Notes under the pieces: model-generated
What the model saw: only the letters and a program-made list of their open reading frames with translations
The model's database searches: none
Told to the model about the DNA's origin: nothing
Assembly (NCBI GenBank): GCA_018268135.1
Contig: JAFDXD010000121.1
Location: 14,953-78,952, forward strand
Direction of reading: 5' to 3'
Origin: Bacteroidota bacterium
GTDB taxonomy: Bacteria > Bacteroidota > Bacteroidia > Chitinophagales > Chitinophagaceae
Length of the DNA: 64,000 nt
Translations under genes and position numbers: made by a program
Shown here: piece by piece, positions 56,472 to 64,000 of the stretch
How positions within the stretch are numbered: the first letter of the stretch is position 1
Layout of the letters: each line of letters starts with the position of its first letter

Positions 56472-58409
56472 ATGCGCTATTTCTGTTTAATACTTTGCCT
56501 GGTAGCGGTAAAAGCAATGGGCCAGCAGTATCCTTTTTGTAAAAATGTGCTTGCAATAGCGGCAGCCGAAAGAGATGCGCATATTGGCATGACTAATGGG
56601 GTGCAAGGCAGCCTTTCGTCTGATAATTATGATATAAAATATTTCAGATGCGAATGGGAGGTAGATCCGGCAGTGAGGTATATAAATGGAAAGGTTACCA
56701 TGTATTTTTATGTTCCGGCTTCTACGAGCTCTATTACATTAGATTTGTCGAGCCACCTGATTACAGACAGTGTTACATGTCATGGGCAATCAGTAGGTTT
56801 TTTACATCCTGCAGAAGCGCTTGCCATAAATTTTGCAAATGCAATTGCGGCAAATACACTCGACTCGGTAAGTATTTATTATCATGGAGTACCCGGCAAT
56901 ACAGGCTTTGGCTCATTTATACAAGATAGCCACTTAGGCACGCCTGTAATATGGACGCTAAGTGAGCCTTATGGCGCCAAAGACTGGTGGCCCTGCAAAA
57001 CAAACCTGGGCGATAAAGCAGATTCAATAGATGTATATATTACTCACCCTTCTAATTATAAAGCCGCAAGCAATGGGCTTTTGCAGTCAGAAACTTTGAT
57101 AAATGGTGGTACTAAAATGATTACACATTGGAAACACCGCTACCCCATTGCCAGTTATCTGGTATGCTTTGCAGTTACCAATTATTCTGTTTTTAATAAT
57201 ACCGTACAGTTAGGGAATATTACGTTGCCAATGCTAACTTACTGCTATCCCGAAAACCTTGCGCTTTTTCAGGCAAATACTCCAATGGTATTATCTGCTT
57301 TGCAACTTTATCATAATACATTTGGCGATTATCCATTTATAAAAGAAAAATATGGCCATGTACAATTTGGCTGGGGAGGCGGTATGGAGCATCAAACTTC
57401 TACCTTTATTATTACACCCGAGGAAGGCCTGATGGCTCACGAACTGGGGCACCAATGGTTTGGCGATAAAATTACTACAGGCAGCTGGGAAGATATTTGG
57501 CTTAATGAGGGCTTTGCCACATTTTGTGCAGCATTTTATATGGAAACGGCTCATCCGCAAAATAAACTTGGCAACAGAAAAGCAGTGTTAGACAATATTA
57601 CATCTTTACCAAACGGCTCGGTAAAAGTAGATGACACTACCAATGTAGGCCGCATATTTGATGGCAGGCTTACTTATAATAAAGGTTCTTACCTGTTAAA
57701 TATGCTTCGATTTAAATTAGGAGATAGTGTTTTTTTTAGCGGCTTAAGAAAATATCAAAAAGACCCTGCCGTCATTTATGGCTATGCCCGCACAGCTGAC
57801 CTGCAGCGAAACCTGGAGCAGGTAAGCGGGATAGACCTCAGCAATTTTTTTAAAGAATGGTATGCCGGCCAGGGCTACCCATCTTACCATGTAAGCTGGA
57901 GCCAGCTTGGTACGCAAAGTGTACAGATAAAAATGAATCAAACCACATCGGATGCTTCTGTTCCTTTTTTTGAACTGCCTGTAGCGCTTACATTTAAAAA
58001 TGCAACTCAGCAAAAAACGGTGATAGTAGATAATAAAATAAATAATGAAATTTTTGTAAAAAATATTGGCTTTGCTGCCGATACAGTATTGGTAGATCCC
58101 GAGTATTGGCTGATAACAAAAAACAATACTACCGAAAAACTGGCATTGCCCAACAGTGGTAAAGGGGCGGTAGAGATATATCCCAACCCCGCTACAGGCC
58201 CATTAACAGTGTATCTTCACGACTTTGCAGCCAGCAATGCAAGCCTGCAAATTTATAATGCATTAGGCCAAATGGTTCTTTCAAAAAATATTCAATTAAT
58301 CAATGGCGCCGAACTGATACAGTTACCAATGAGTAATTTTTCTCATGGAATTTATATGGTAAAAGTGATAGCCGATAATAAAAAATTTGTTCAGCCGATA
58401 ATAAAATAG
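56472..58409 (+). CDS. M1 family metallopeptidase (aminopeptidase N-like) with a T9SS C-terminal sorting domain
   Basis: HELGHQWFG plus WLNEGFATF (gluzincin M1 signature). C-terminal VEIYPNPATGPLTVYL...GIYMVKVIADNKKFVQPIIK. Confidence 0.8.
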   Translation: MRYFCLILCLVAVKAMGQQYPFCKNVLAIAAAERDAHIGMTNGVQGSLSSDNYDIKYFRCEWEVDPAVRYINGKVTMYFYVPASTSSITLDLSSHLITDSVTCHGQSVGFLHPAEALAINFANAIAANTLDSVSIYYHGVPGNTGFGSFIQDSHLGTPVIWTLSEPYGAKDWWPCKTNLGDKADSIDVYITHPSNYKAASNGLLQSETLINGGTKMITHWKHRYPIASYLVCFAVTNYSVFNNTVQLGNITLPMLTYCYPENLALFQANTPMVLSALQLYHNTFGDYPFIKEKYGHVQFGWGGGMEHQTSTFIITPEEGLMAHELGHQWFGDKITTGSWEDIWLNEGFATFCAAFYMETAHPQNKLGNRKAVLDNITSLPNGSVKVDDTTNVGRIFDGRLTYNKGSYLLNMLRFKLGDSVFFSGLRKYQKDPAVIYGYARTADLQRNLEQVSGIDLSNFFKEWYAGQGYPSYHVSWSQLGTQSVQIKMNQTTSDASVPFFELPVALTFKNATQQKTVIVDNKINNEIFVKNIGFAADTVLVDPEYWLITKNNTTEKLALPNSGKGAVEIYPNPATGPLTVYLHDFAASNASLQIYNALGQMVLSKNIQLINGAELIQLPMSNFSHGIYMVKVIADNKKFVQPIIK

Positions 58410-58438
58410 CACTTTACAAATAATTTGTAAATGTGCAG

Positions 58439-59206
58439 ATGGCAAAACGAAAAAAAAAGAAACGGGCATACACATACATAAAGTTATTTTTTGCGCTGAC
58501 CATTGTAGCTGCTTTGGCATGGTATTTTACTTCCCTTATTTTTAAACCCAATTTTGTACACTACCCTGCTTTTGGAATAGATATTCCTGTAAATTATAAA
58601 GTGCATGGCATTGATGTAAGCAAGCATCAAAAAAATATATCGTGGGAAGATGTAAAGCAAATGAATGTAAATAATATAAAAATATCATTTGCATTTATTA
58701 AGGCTACGGAGGGTTATGGAAATGTAGATGAACAATTTAGACGCAACTGGCTCTTTGCCAAAAAGCAGGCCATTGCAAGAGGCGCTTATCATTTTTTTAT
58801 AGCCCCCAAAAGCGGGAAACTGCAAGCACAAAATTTTATAGAAACAGTGCAGTTGCAAAAAGGCGACCTGCCCCCCGTGTTGGATATAGAGCAGGCTTAT
58901 GGCGCACCGATAGCCGTATTGCAGCAGCATGTAGCCGATTGGCTAAATGCTGTAGAAAAAGAATATGGCATAAAACCAATTATTTACACCAATGTAGATT
59001 TTTATAACCGGTATTTATCCGGCAAATTTGATGATTACCCCTTGTGGGTAGCACATTATTTGGTAAAAGATAAACCCCGAATACAAAGAAGCTGGATATT
59101 TTGGCAACACAATGAAAGCGGCCATGTAAATGGCATTGGGCCTTATGTTGACTTCAATGTTTTTAAAGGAGATAGTGCAGCATTTGAATTGCTTAAAATA
59201 AAATAA
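58439..59206 (+). CDS. GH25 family lysozyme (muramidase) with an N-terminal membrane anchor
   Basis: GIDVSKHQKNISWEDV and FAFIKATEG motifs. N-terminal KRKKKKRAY followed by a TM helix. ATG at 58439 preferred over the GTG at 58433. Confidence 0.75.
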   Translation: MAKRKKKKRAYTYIKLFFALTIVAALAWYFTSLIFKPNFVHYPAFGIDIPVNYKVHGIDVSKHQKNISWEDVKQMNVNNIKISFAFIKATEGYGNVDEQFRRNWLFAKKQAIARGAYHFFIAPKSGKLQAQNFIETVQLQKGDLPPVLDIEQAYGAPIAVLQQHVADWLNAVEKEYGIKPIIYTNVDFYNRYLSGKFDDYPLWVAHYLVKDKPRIQRSWIFWQHNESGHVNGIGPYVDFNVFKGDSAAFELLKIK

Positions 59207-59214
59207 CTTGCTGT

Positions 59215-59430
59215 ATGCGTGCAGAAGATGATATTAGAAAATTTCTTGTTTTAATTGTAAATACAATTGCTATTATCCTTATCTGGATGATTGCGAATGT
59301 ATTGGTAGGCATATACCTGGGGTATGGTTTTTTTGAAAATAAAATTAGCTGGAAAAATATAGTGTATTACATTTTATTTACGGTGAGCTTATTTTTTTTG
59401 ATCCGTTACATCAGACGCAAATGGAAATAA
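59215..59430 (+). CDS. Small two-TM membrane protein with a basic C-terminus
   Basis: 71 aa, two hydrophobic segments, ends RYIRRKWK. Starts 8 nt after the GH25 stop. Confidence 0.45.
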   Translation: MRAEDDIRKFLVLIVNTIAIILIWMIANVLVGIYLGYGFFENKISWKNIVYYILFTVSLFFLIRYIRRKWK

Positions 59431-59435
59431 TTTTT

Positions 59436-59861
59436 TTAGCTGGAATGATCTGCCACAATGAGCCATTTGTTTTTTACTTTTCTAAAAAGCAAGGTGAAGC
59501 TACCTCCTATGTTGCCGATGCTTCTGGTGAGATGCCATTTGCCTACTACAAAATAATATAAAGCTGATAATCTTTTTGTTTCAATAATAGTGAAATCGAG
59601 CTTGCCCATTGCAGCCGTATCAGGGTATCCTTTTTTATAATTGTTCAATGTATTTTGCCAGCCATAGGTAACACCGCTTTTGCCAATAAACATAAGAGAG
59701 TCGCTTTGCCAGTAAGTCTGCATAAAAGCATTAATATCTCCCGTGTTCCATGCCTGCAATTGCTGTTGCAAGGCGGCGTTTATTTGTAAGGCTGCATTTG
59801 ATTGAGCTTTAGCCATAGTAAATAAAAATGCAAAAGCCATAAGTGCAAATAGTTTTTTCAT
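59436..59861 (-). CDS. SnoaL/DUF4440-like (NTF2-fold) secreted protein
   Basis: 141 aa, signal peptide MKKLFALMAFAFLFTMAKAQ. The W/Y-rich pattern and size are typical of the DUF4440 family. Assigned by eye only. Confidence 0.45.
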   Translation of the reverse strand: MKKLFALMAFAFLFTMAKAQSNAALQINAALQQQLQAWNTGDINAFMQTYWQSDSLMFIGKSGVTYGWQNTLNNYKKGYPDTAAMGKLDFTIIETKRLSALYYFVVGKWHLTRSIGNIGGSFTLLFRKVKNKWLIVADHSS

Positions 59862-59943
59862 TGCAGATAATTTGTTACAAGTTAATAAAATTTTAAAAAG
59901 AAGCGTTGTGTAATAAGGTTCAATATTTCTAAGGAATTATAAG

Positions 59944-60056
59944 TATAGGATTAGGTTTTCTTTATTTACTTTTTGAATCAAGACAAAAAGTAAATAAAGA
60001 ATCAAAGCCTCAAGCCTTGCAAATCTGTTTTGCACTCATTCTACCTAATCTTTTAT
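59944..60056. repeat. MITE-like dispersed repeat, copy C (best-defined ends)
   Basis: Left end tataggattagg (59944-59955), right end acctaatc (60043-60050). Internal perfect 15-bp inverted repeat ctttatttacttttt/aaaaagtaaataaag (59960-59974 with 59985-59999). Confidence 0.6.
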
Positions 60057-60103
60057 AAGTAATAAACAAACAATAATGAATATCTTTAAATCTAATATTT
60101 TAG

Positions 60104-61204
60104 ATGATGCGATATTGTTTTATTGCTATTGCTTGTATTGTTGTAAGCACAGCTGCGTACTGTCAAAAAAAATCGAATAAAAATTTTGCAGTAATAGCTT
60201 ACTATACCGGTAATAATACCATGATAGATAGTTTTCCGGTAGAAAAACTAACCCATATTATTTACAGCTTTGCACATTTAAGTGGCGATAGCATCAGCTT
60301 AAGAAATAATAAAGACAGCATCACACTGCAACACCTGGTAGCATTAAAAGAGAGAAATCCAAAGTTAAAAATAATGATTTCATTAGGCGGCTGGGGAGGC
60401 TGTGCTACCTGCTCAGATGTATTTGCAGATGAAGAACAGCGAAAAACATTTGCACAAACAGTAAAACAACTACTTGATTATTTTCATTTAGATGGAATTG
60501 ACCTGGATTGGGAATACCCTGCTACAGAAGGGTATCCCGGGCATAAATATATGCCGGAAGATAAAAATAATTTTACAGCCCTGGTAAAACAATTGAGGCA
60601 TGTATTGGGAAAAAAATCTGAAATAAGCTTTGCTGTAGGTGGCTCAAAATATCAAATAGATTATTCATACGATTGGAGAAAAGTAATGCCATTGGTAAAC
60701 AGGGTAAACCTAATGAGTTACGACCTTGCTCCAACAAATTTTTCCAGCCATCATACTGCCCTGTTTTCTTCAGCAAAGCAAATGTTATCTGCCGATAATG
60801 GCATACAAGAATTAAAAAGGCTTGGTGTAGCTGCAGGTAAAATTGTAATTGGCGCAGCTTTTTATGCAAGGGTATTTGCAAGCGATACTACATTAAATAA
60901 TGGATTGTACCAGCCTGCAAAGTTTGAGTACGGAGTGTCTTTTAAAAATTTTGATAGCAGTTTTTCACAATCAAAAGGGTATAAGTATTATTGGGATACT
61001 GTAGCACAGGCTCCCTTTTTTTTTAATGAAGGGCAGCGTTTATTTGCCAGTTTTGATGATAAAACTTCTGTGAAATTAAAAACAAAATATGCCATTCAAA
61101 ATAATCTAAATGGAATCATGTTTTGGGAACTGAGAGATGATTCATTTACCAATGGTTTGCTGGATGCAATTAATGAGGAAAAACAAAAACTAATAAAGCA
61201 GTAA
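60104..61204 (+). CDS. Glycoside hydrolase family 18 (chitinase-like), secreted
   Basis: Catalytic DGIDLDWEYP (DxxDxDxE) motif. Signal peptide. Confidence 0.8.
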   Translation: MMRYCFIAIACIVVSTAAYCQKKSNKNFAVIAYYTGNNTMIDSFPVEKLTHIIYSFAHLSGDSISLRNNKDSITLQHLVALKERNPKLKIMISLGGWGGCATCSDVFADEEQRKTFAQTVKQLLDYFHLDGIDLDWEYPATEGYPGHKYMPEDKNNFTALVKQLRHVLGKKSEISFAVGGSKYQIDYSYDWRKVMPLVNRVNLMSYDLAPTNFSSHHTALFSSAKQMLSADNGIQELKRLGVAAGKIVIGAAFYARVFASDTTLNNGLYQPAKFEYGVSFKNFDSSFSQSKGYKYYWDTVAQAPFFFNEGQRLFASFDDKTSVKLKTKYAIQNNLNGIMFWELRDDSFTNGLLDAINEEKQKLIKQ

Positions 61205-61224
61205 TAATTTTTACCAATAAACAA

Positions 61225-61614
61225 TCAATGTTGATGATGGGCAGAGCTGCATTTGCTTTTTTGGCAAAGCCGGTAATTGATATAATGTGCACTTACAATT
61301 AGTATTACTGCGGGTATTAAAAATACAATTTCTATTGAGTGAAAAAATTGTTTGGTTATCAAAAAAATAAAACCAATGGTAAATACAAAAAGGGGTAAAA
61401 AAGAGCGATGATGCCTGATGTATCCATGAAATAAGGCATAGGAGCCAACCACAAACGCAATCAATATCATACTCCACTCAAATACACTATTGTGAATAAT
61501 ATTAATACCTAAAACCGGTAAGCTACTGGCAATTAATGGCAGCAGGGCACAGTGTATGGCACATGCCAAAGATGTGAAAATTCCCAAGCCATCCCAGTTT
61601 ATTTTAAAATTCAT
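61225..61614 (-). CDS. MerC-domain membrane protein
   Basis: LACAIHCALLPLIAS Cys motif, 4 TM segments. ATG at 61614 preferred over the TTG at 61644. Confidence 0.6.
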   Translation of the reverse strand: MNFKINWDGLGIFTSLACAIHCALLPLIASSLPVLGINIIHNSVFEWSMILIAFVVGSYALFHGYIRHHRSFLPLFVFTIGFIFLITKQFFHSIEIVFLIPAVILIVSAHYINYRLCQKSKCSSAHHQH

Positions 61615-61633
61615 AGAAAAGCAAAGATAGTAA

Positions 61634-61656
61634 TAAATTTGCAATATTGTTGCAAA
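61634..61656 (+). promoter_or_regulatory. Candidate -7 box (TAAATTTG) overlapped by a TTGCAA-N5-TTGCAA repeat in the MerC/SCO-Fur divergent spacer
   Basis: TAAATTTG at 61634-61641 matches TAnnTTTG. ttgcaatattgttgcaa lies at 61639-61655. Confidence 0.25.
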
Positions 61657-61728
61657 ACTTACAAGGGGTAAGCTTATTTTTTAAGGTGCAAATTGGGGTG
61701 TAACTTTGTGCGGAATAAATGTACATAC

Positions 61729-62457
61729 ATGAAAAAGAAGGGATTGATTTACCTGGTATTTTTTGTCTTATTACTGGCCGGGTTTTATGCTTTTGTATTT
61801 AAAGATTATGATTTTTCGGCTTCAAACTTACCGGTGATAAATGCCAATGTGCCTGATTTTAGTTTTGTAAACCAGGATGGAAAAAAAATTACAAAGCAAA
61901 CTACAGAAGGCAAAGTGTATGTAACAGAATATTTTTTTACAACCTGCAAAGGGATATGCCCCAGGTTAAATGCCAATATGCGTCGAGTGTTTGATGCCTA
62001 TAAAAATGATGAAAATTTTCTCATCATATCGCATACCTGTATGCCCGAGGTGGACAGTGTACCTGTACTGAAAGCGTATGAACAAAAAATGATTAATGGC
62101 AAACTTTTAAAAGGAGATGATGGCTCTTATACCATTTCGTACCTGTATCCGGCTGGGGAAGAGGTTGCTAATACTAACTGGAATTTTGTAACCGGCGACA
62201 AAGCCTCTCTGTATAAACTTGCACGTGAGGGCTATATGATTGATAATGGTAAACCCGATAGTACGCAGTTGATTAAAGACCAGTTTATTCATACCCAATT
62301 TTTTGCATTGGTAGATAAGTCTGGAAGGGTAAGAGGTATTTATGATGGATTAAAAGAAGATGAAGTTCAAAAATTATTAGTGGATATAAAAAGTTTGCTC
62401 AAAGAAAAAATAGATCATAAAAGATTTATGGGAGGGTTTAGCAACAACCCGGGTTAA
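61729..62457 (+). CDS. SCO/thioredoxin-fold family protein (second SCO paralogue)
   Basis: YFFTTCKGICP CxxxC motif and an N-terminal TM anchor. ATG at 61729 preferred over the track start at 61693. Confidence 0.65.
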   Translation: MKKKGLIYLVFFVLLLAGFYAFVFKDYDFSASNLPVINANVPDFSFVNQDGKKITKQTTEGKVYVTEYFFTTCKGICPRLNANMRRVFDAYKNDENFLIISHTCMPEVDSVPVLKAYEQKMINGKLLKGDDGSYTISYLYPAGEEVANTNWNFVTGDKASLYKLAREGYMIDNGKPDSTQLIKDQFIHTQFFALVDKSGRVRGIYDGLKEDEVQKLLVDIKSLLKEKIDHKRFMGGFSNNPG

Positions 62458-62466
62458 ACTATTATA

Positions 62467-62895
62467 ATGGATACATCATTAGAAATATTAAAACGCAACA
62501 GGCTAAGTATAACCGAAGGCAGAAAAAAGATTCTGGAACTTTTTTTGGAAACCGATGGGGCTTTAGCACATGCTGATATTGAAAAAAATACTGATGCCGC
62601 ATTTGACAGGGTAACTGTTTACCGCACTTTGCAAACATTTGTAGAAAAAGGAATTGTGCATCAAATACCTACTACAGATAATGCAGTATTATATGCTTTG
62701 TGTAAGCATGATTGTGCCCAGGGGCATCATCATGATAACCATGTACACTTTATTTGCAGCCATTGCCAAAAAACAATTTGCCTGGATGATGTAACAGTGC
62801 CGATAGTAAAACTGCCCACAGGGTTTACTCCTACCCAATCAGCCATGATTGTATCAGGAATTTGTAACGATTGTAAAAAAAAGGCTACTCCATAA
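62467..62895 (+). CDS. Fur family metalloregulator
   Basis: 142 aa. Winged helix (RITEGRKKILELF...DRVTVYRTLQTFVEKGIVHQI), His-rich HHHDNHVH, and paired CxxC motifs (CSHC, CNDC). Confidence 0.8.
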   Translation: MDTSLEILKRNRLSITEGRKKILELFLETDGALAHADIEKNTDAAFDRVTVYRTLQTFVEKGIVHQIPTTDNAVLYALCKHDCAQGHHHDNHVHFICSHCQKTICLDDVTVPIVKLPTGFTPTQSAMIVSGICNDCKKKATP

Positions 62896-64000
62896 TTTGC
62901 TCTATATGAGCAAGCCTTCCATCTTTTGTCATACCTTCTATAACTACCCTAAATGATTTGGTAACATCATTATTAAAAAAGCTCACAATGGCACTAGGTG
63001 ATTGTGGAGTTAATGAAAGGCCAGGGTTCCAATATAGTGTAGTTCTAATATCGGTATTAGCATCTTCGGGCCTAAACTTATCATAATCGGGCGAGTAAAA
63101 TTGGCGAATAGGTGTGTAACCATATACTTTATTATTGGCTAACCCTTTGCCTGGTACAGATTTTACATCACCACCTCTGCGTGAGTAAATGGAAATAGCA
63201 CCATTGCCTCCGTTGCCACTGCCTCCAAAAAATGGTGGCCTGATTACTTTTAAATAAGCAATATCATTTACGTTAATGGTAGATACAAAGTCAGCATCTA
63301 TTGGCATTTCATCTAAATAAATTTGGGGTGCGCCACCTCTCCATGATAAAGTGGGTGCGCTGCCTGCATTGCCTGTATTGGTTATTTGCAGCCCGGCTAC
63401 TTTGCCTTGTAAATAACTAAATATATCCGGAGCCGATGAGGCAAAGGGGTCATTCATCACATCAAACTGGTAGCTATCGCCACCGCTAAACATACCACTT
63501 GTATATTTTTCATCTAATAGTTGTACGGGCGATTTTCCTTTACTTTTTATAATTATAGCATCTAAAGTTTTTACTTTTTCTTTAAAGGCAAGATCGTTAG
63601 CAGCATTTGAAAGATACCATTGGCGATAGTTTCCCGAGGTATCAGACCAAAAGCCAATACCATTTTTTAGCCCCTTTATTGGATACATGGCAAGCCTGTT
63701 TGTCATAAATTGGGCTGAGGCATTTTTCATTTCTTTTTTCTGAAACTGGTAATATACAGTTGCAGTATCAAATAGTAAGGTAGTAGCATCATTAAAATTG
63801 CCGTTGGGTTGAATTGGCACCATCGATATTTGACCTGCTTTATCTTTTTGTTTTATTAATAATATAATGTTGGCATCGGGGGCTATAAGCCCTGCACCTG
63901 CCACGGTACCGGATAGGGTCATGTAAGAGGTATCTTTTGCATATAAAAACTTTACGGGTTTGTTTTTTAATACTTCTTCCCAATTAAATCTTCTCCATCC
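62885..64000 (-). CDS. Large secreted protein with a TonB-receptor plug-like C-terminal region; N-terminus beyond the window edge
   Basis: YLQGKVAGLQIT...LSWRGGAPQIYLDEMPID...INVNDIAYLKVI is plug-like. I checked that the frame stays open from 63922 to base 64000 (...GWRRFNWEEVLKNKPVKFLYAKDTSYM...), so the track start is internal. Confidence 0.55.
   Translation of the reverse strand, partial: GWRRFNWEEVLKNKPVKFLYAKDTSYMTLSGTVAGAGLIAPDANIILLIKQKDKAGQISMVPIQPNGNFNDATTLLFDTATVYYQFQKKEMKNASAQFMTNRLAMYPIKGLKNGIGFWSDTSGNYRQWYLSNAANDLAFKEKVKTLDAIIIKSKGKSPVQLLDEKYTSGMFSGGDSYQFDVMNDPFASSAPDIFSYLQGKVAGLQITNTGNAGSAPTLSWRGGAPQIYLDEMPIDADFVSTINVNDIAYLKVIRPPFFGGSGNGGNGAISIYSRRGGDVKSVPGKGLANNKVYGYTPIRQFYSPDYDKFRPEDANTDIRTTLYWNPGLSLTPQSPSAIVSFFNNDVTKSFRVVIEGMTKDGRLAHIEQIME

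Noticed and set aside
55331-61204. Possible prophage remnant (SLT transglycosylase, GH25 lysozyme, small TM protein, GH18)
   Set aside because: There are no integrase, terminase, capsid, tail or repressor genes and no att-like flanks. The intervening genes are ordinary (an M1 peptidase, a DUF4440-like gene). Only the GH25/two-TM pair is kept, as a low-key finding.

Overview
AT-rich chromosomal segment that looks like core genome of a Bacteroidota organism (Chitinophagia/Sphingobacteriia-like). Supporting signs: two peptidases with T9SS C-terminal sorting domains, TAnnTTTG-type -7 promoter boxes, several TTG starts, and fused-subunit respiratory genes. The centrepiece (22.1-38.2 kb, + strand) is a complete alternative complex III cluster (actABCDEF) followed directly by an aa3-type cytochrome c oxidase cluster (coxB, ctaD, cyoE/ctaB, two subunit-III genes, subunit IV, SCO, DUF420). 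The rest is mostly housekeeping: purN, purF, dnaN, recX, trmB, aat, mqo, a UvrD-like helicase, a fused alpha/beta 2-oxoacid dehydrogenase E1, NifU, mtgA, and pnuC with a NadR-type kinase. There are three base-damage repair genes (tag, an AlkA-like gene, a Cys-less alkyltransferase-like gene). Cell-wall and polysaccharide enzymes include an SLT transglycosylase, a GH25 lysozyme, a GH18 chitinase, a GH5 and a processive GT2. A MerC-SCO-Fur metal module is also present. Both window edges cut large minus-strand ORFs that the ORF track missed or truncated. I see no rRNA, no canonical tRNA, no CRISPR array, no transposase or integrase, and no convincing new multi-gene system. The most unusual items are non-coding. 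(1) A tRNA-shaped RNA with an ~88-nt insertion and its own terminator lies directly upstream of trmB. (2) A ~100-130 bp MITE-like repeat occurs in three copies, each just upstream of a minus-strand gene. (3) Two related GC-rich elements sit at the 3' ends of pnuC and purF. (4) A Cys-rich DUF326-type gene is broken by two -1 shifts in A-runs. All family assignments come from motifs read by eye; no database search was run.
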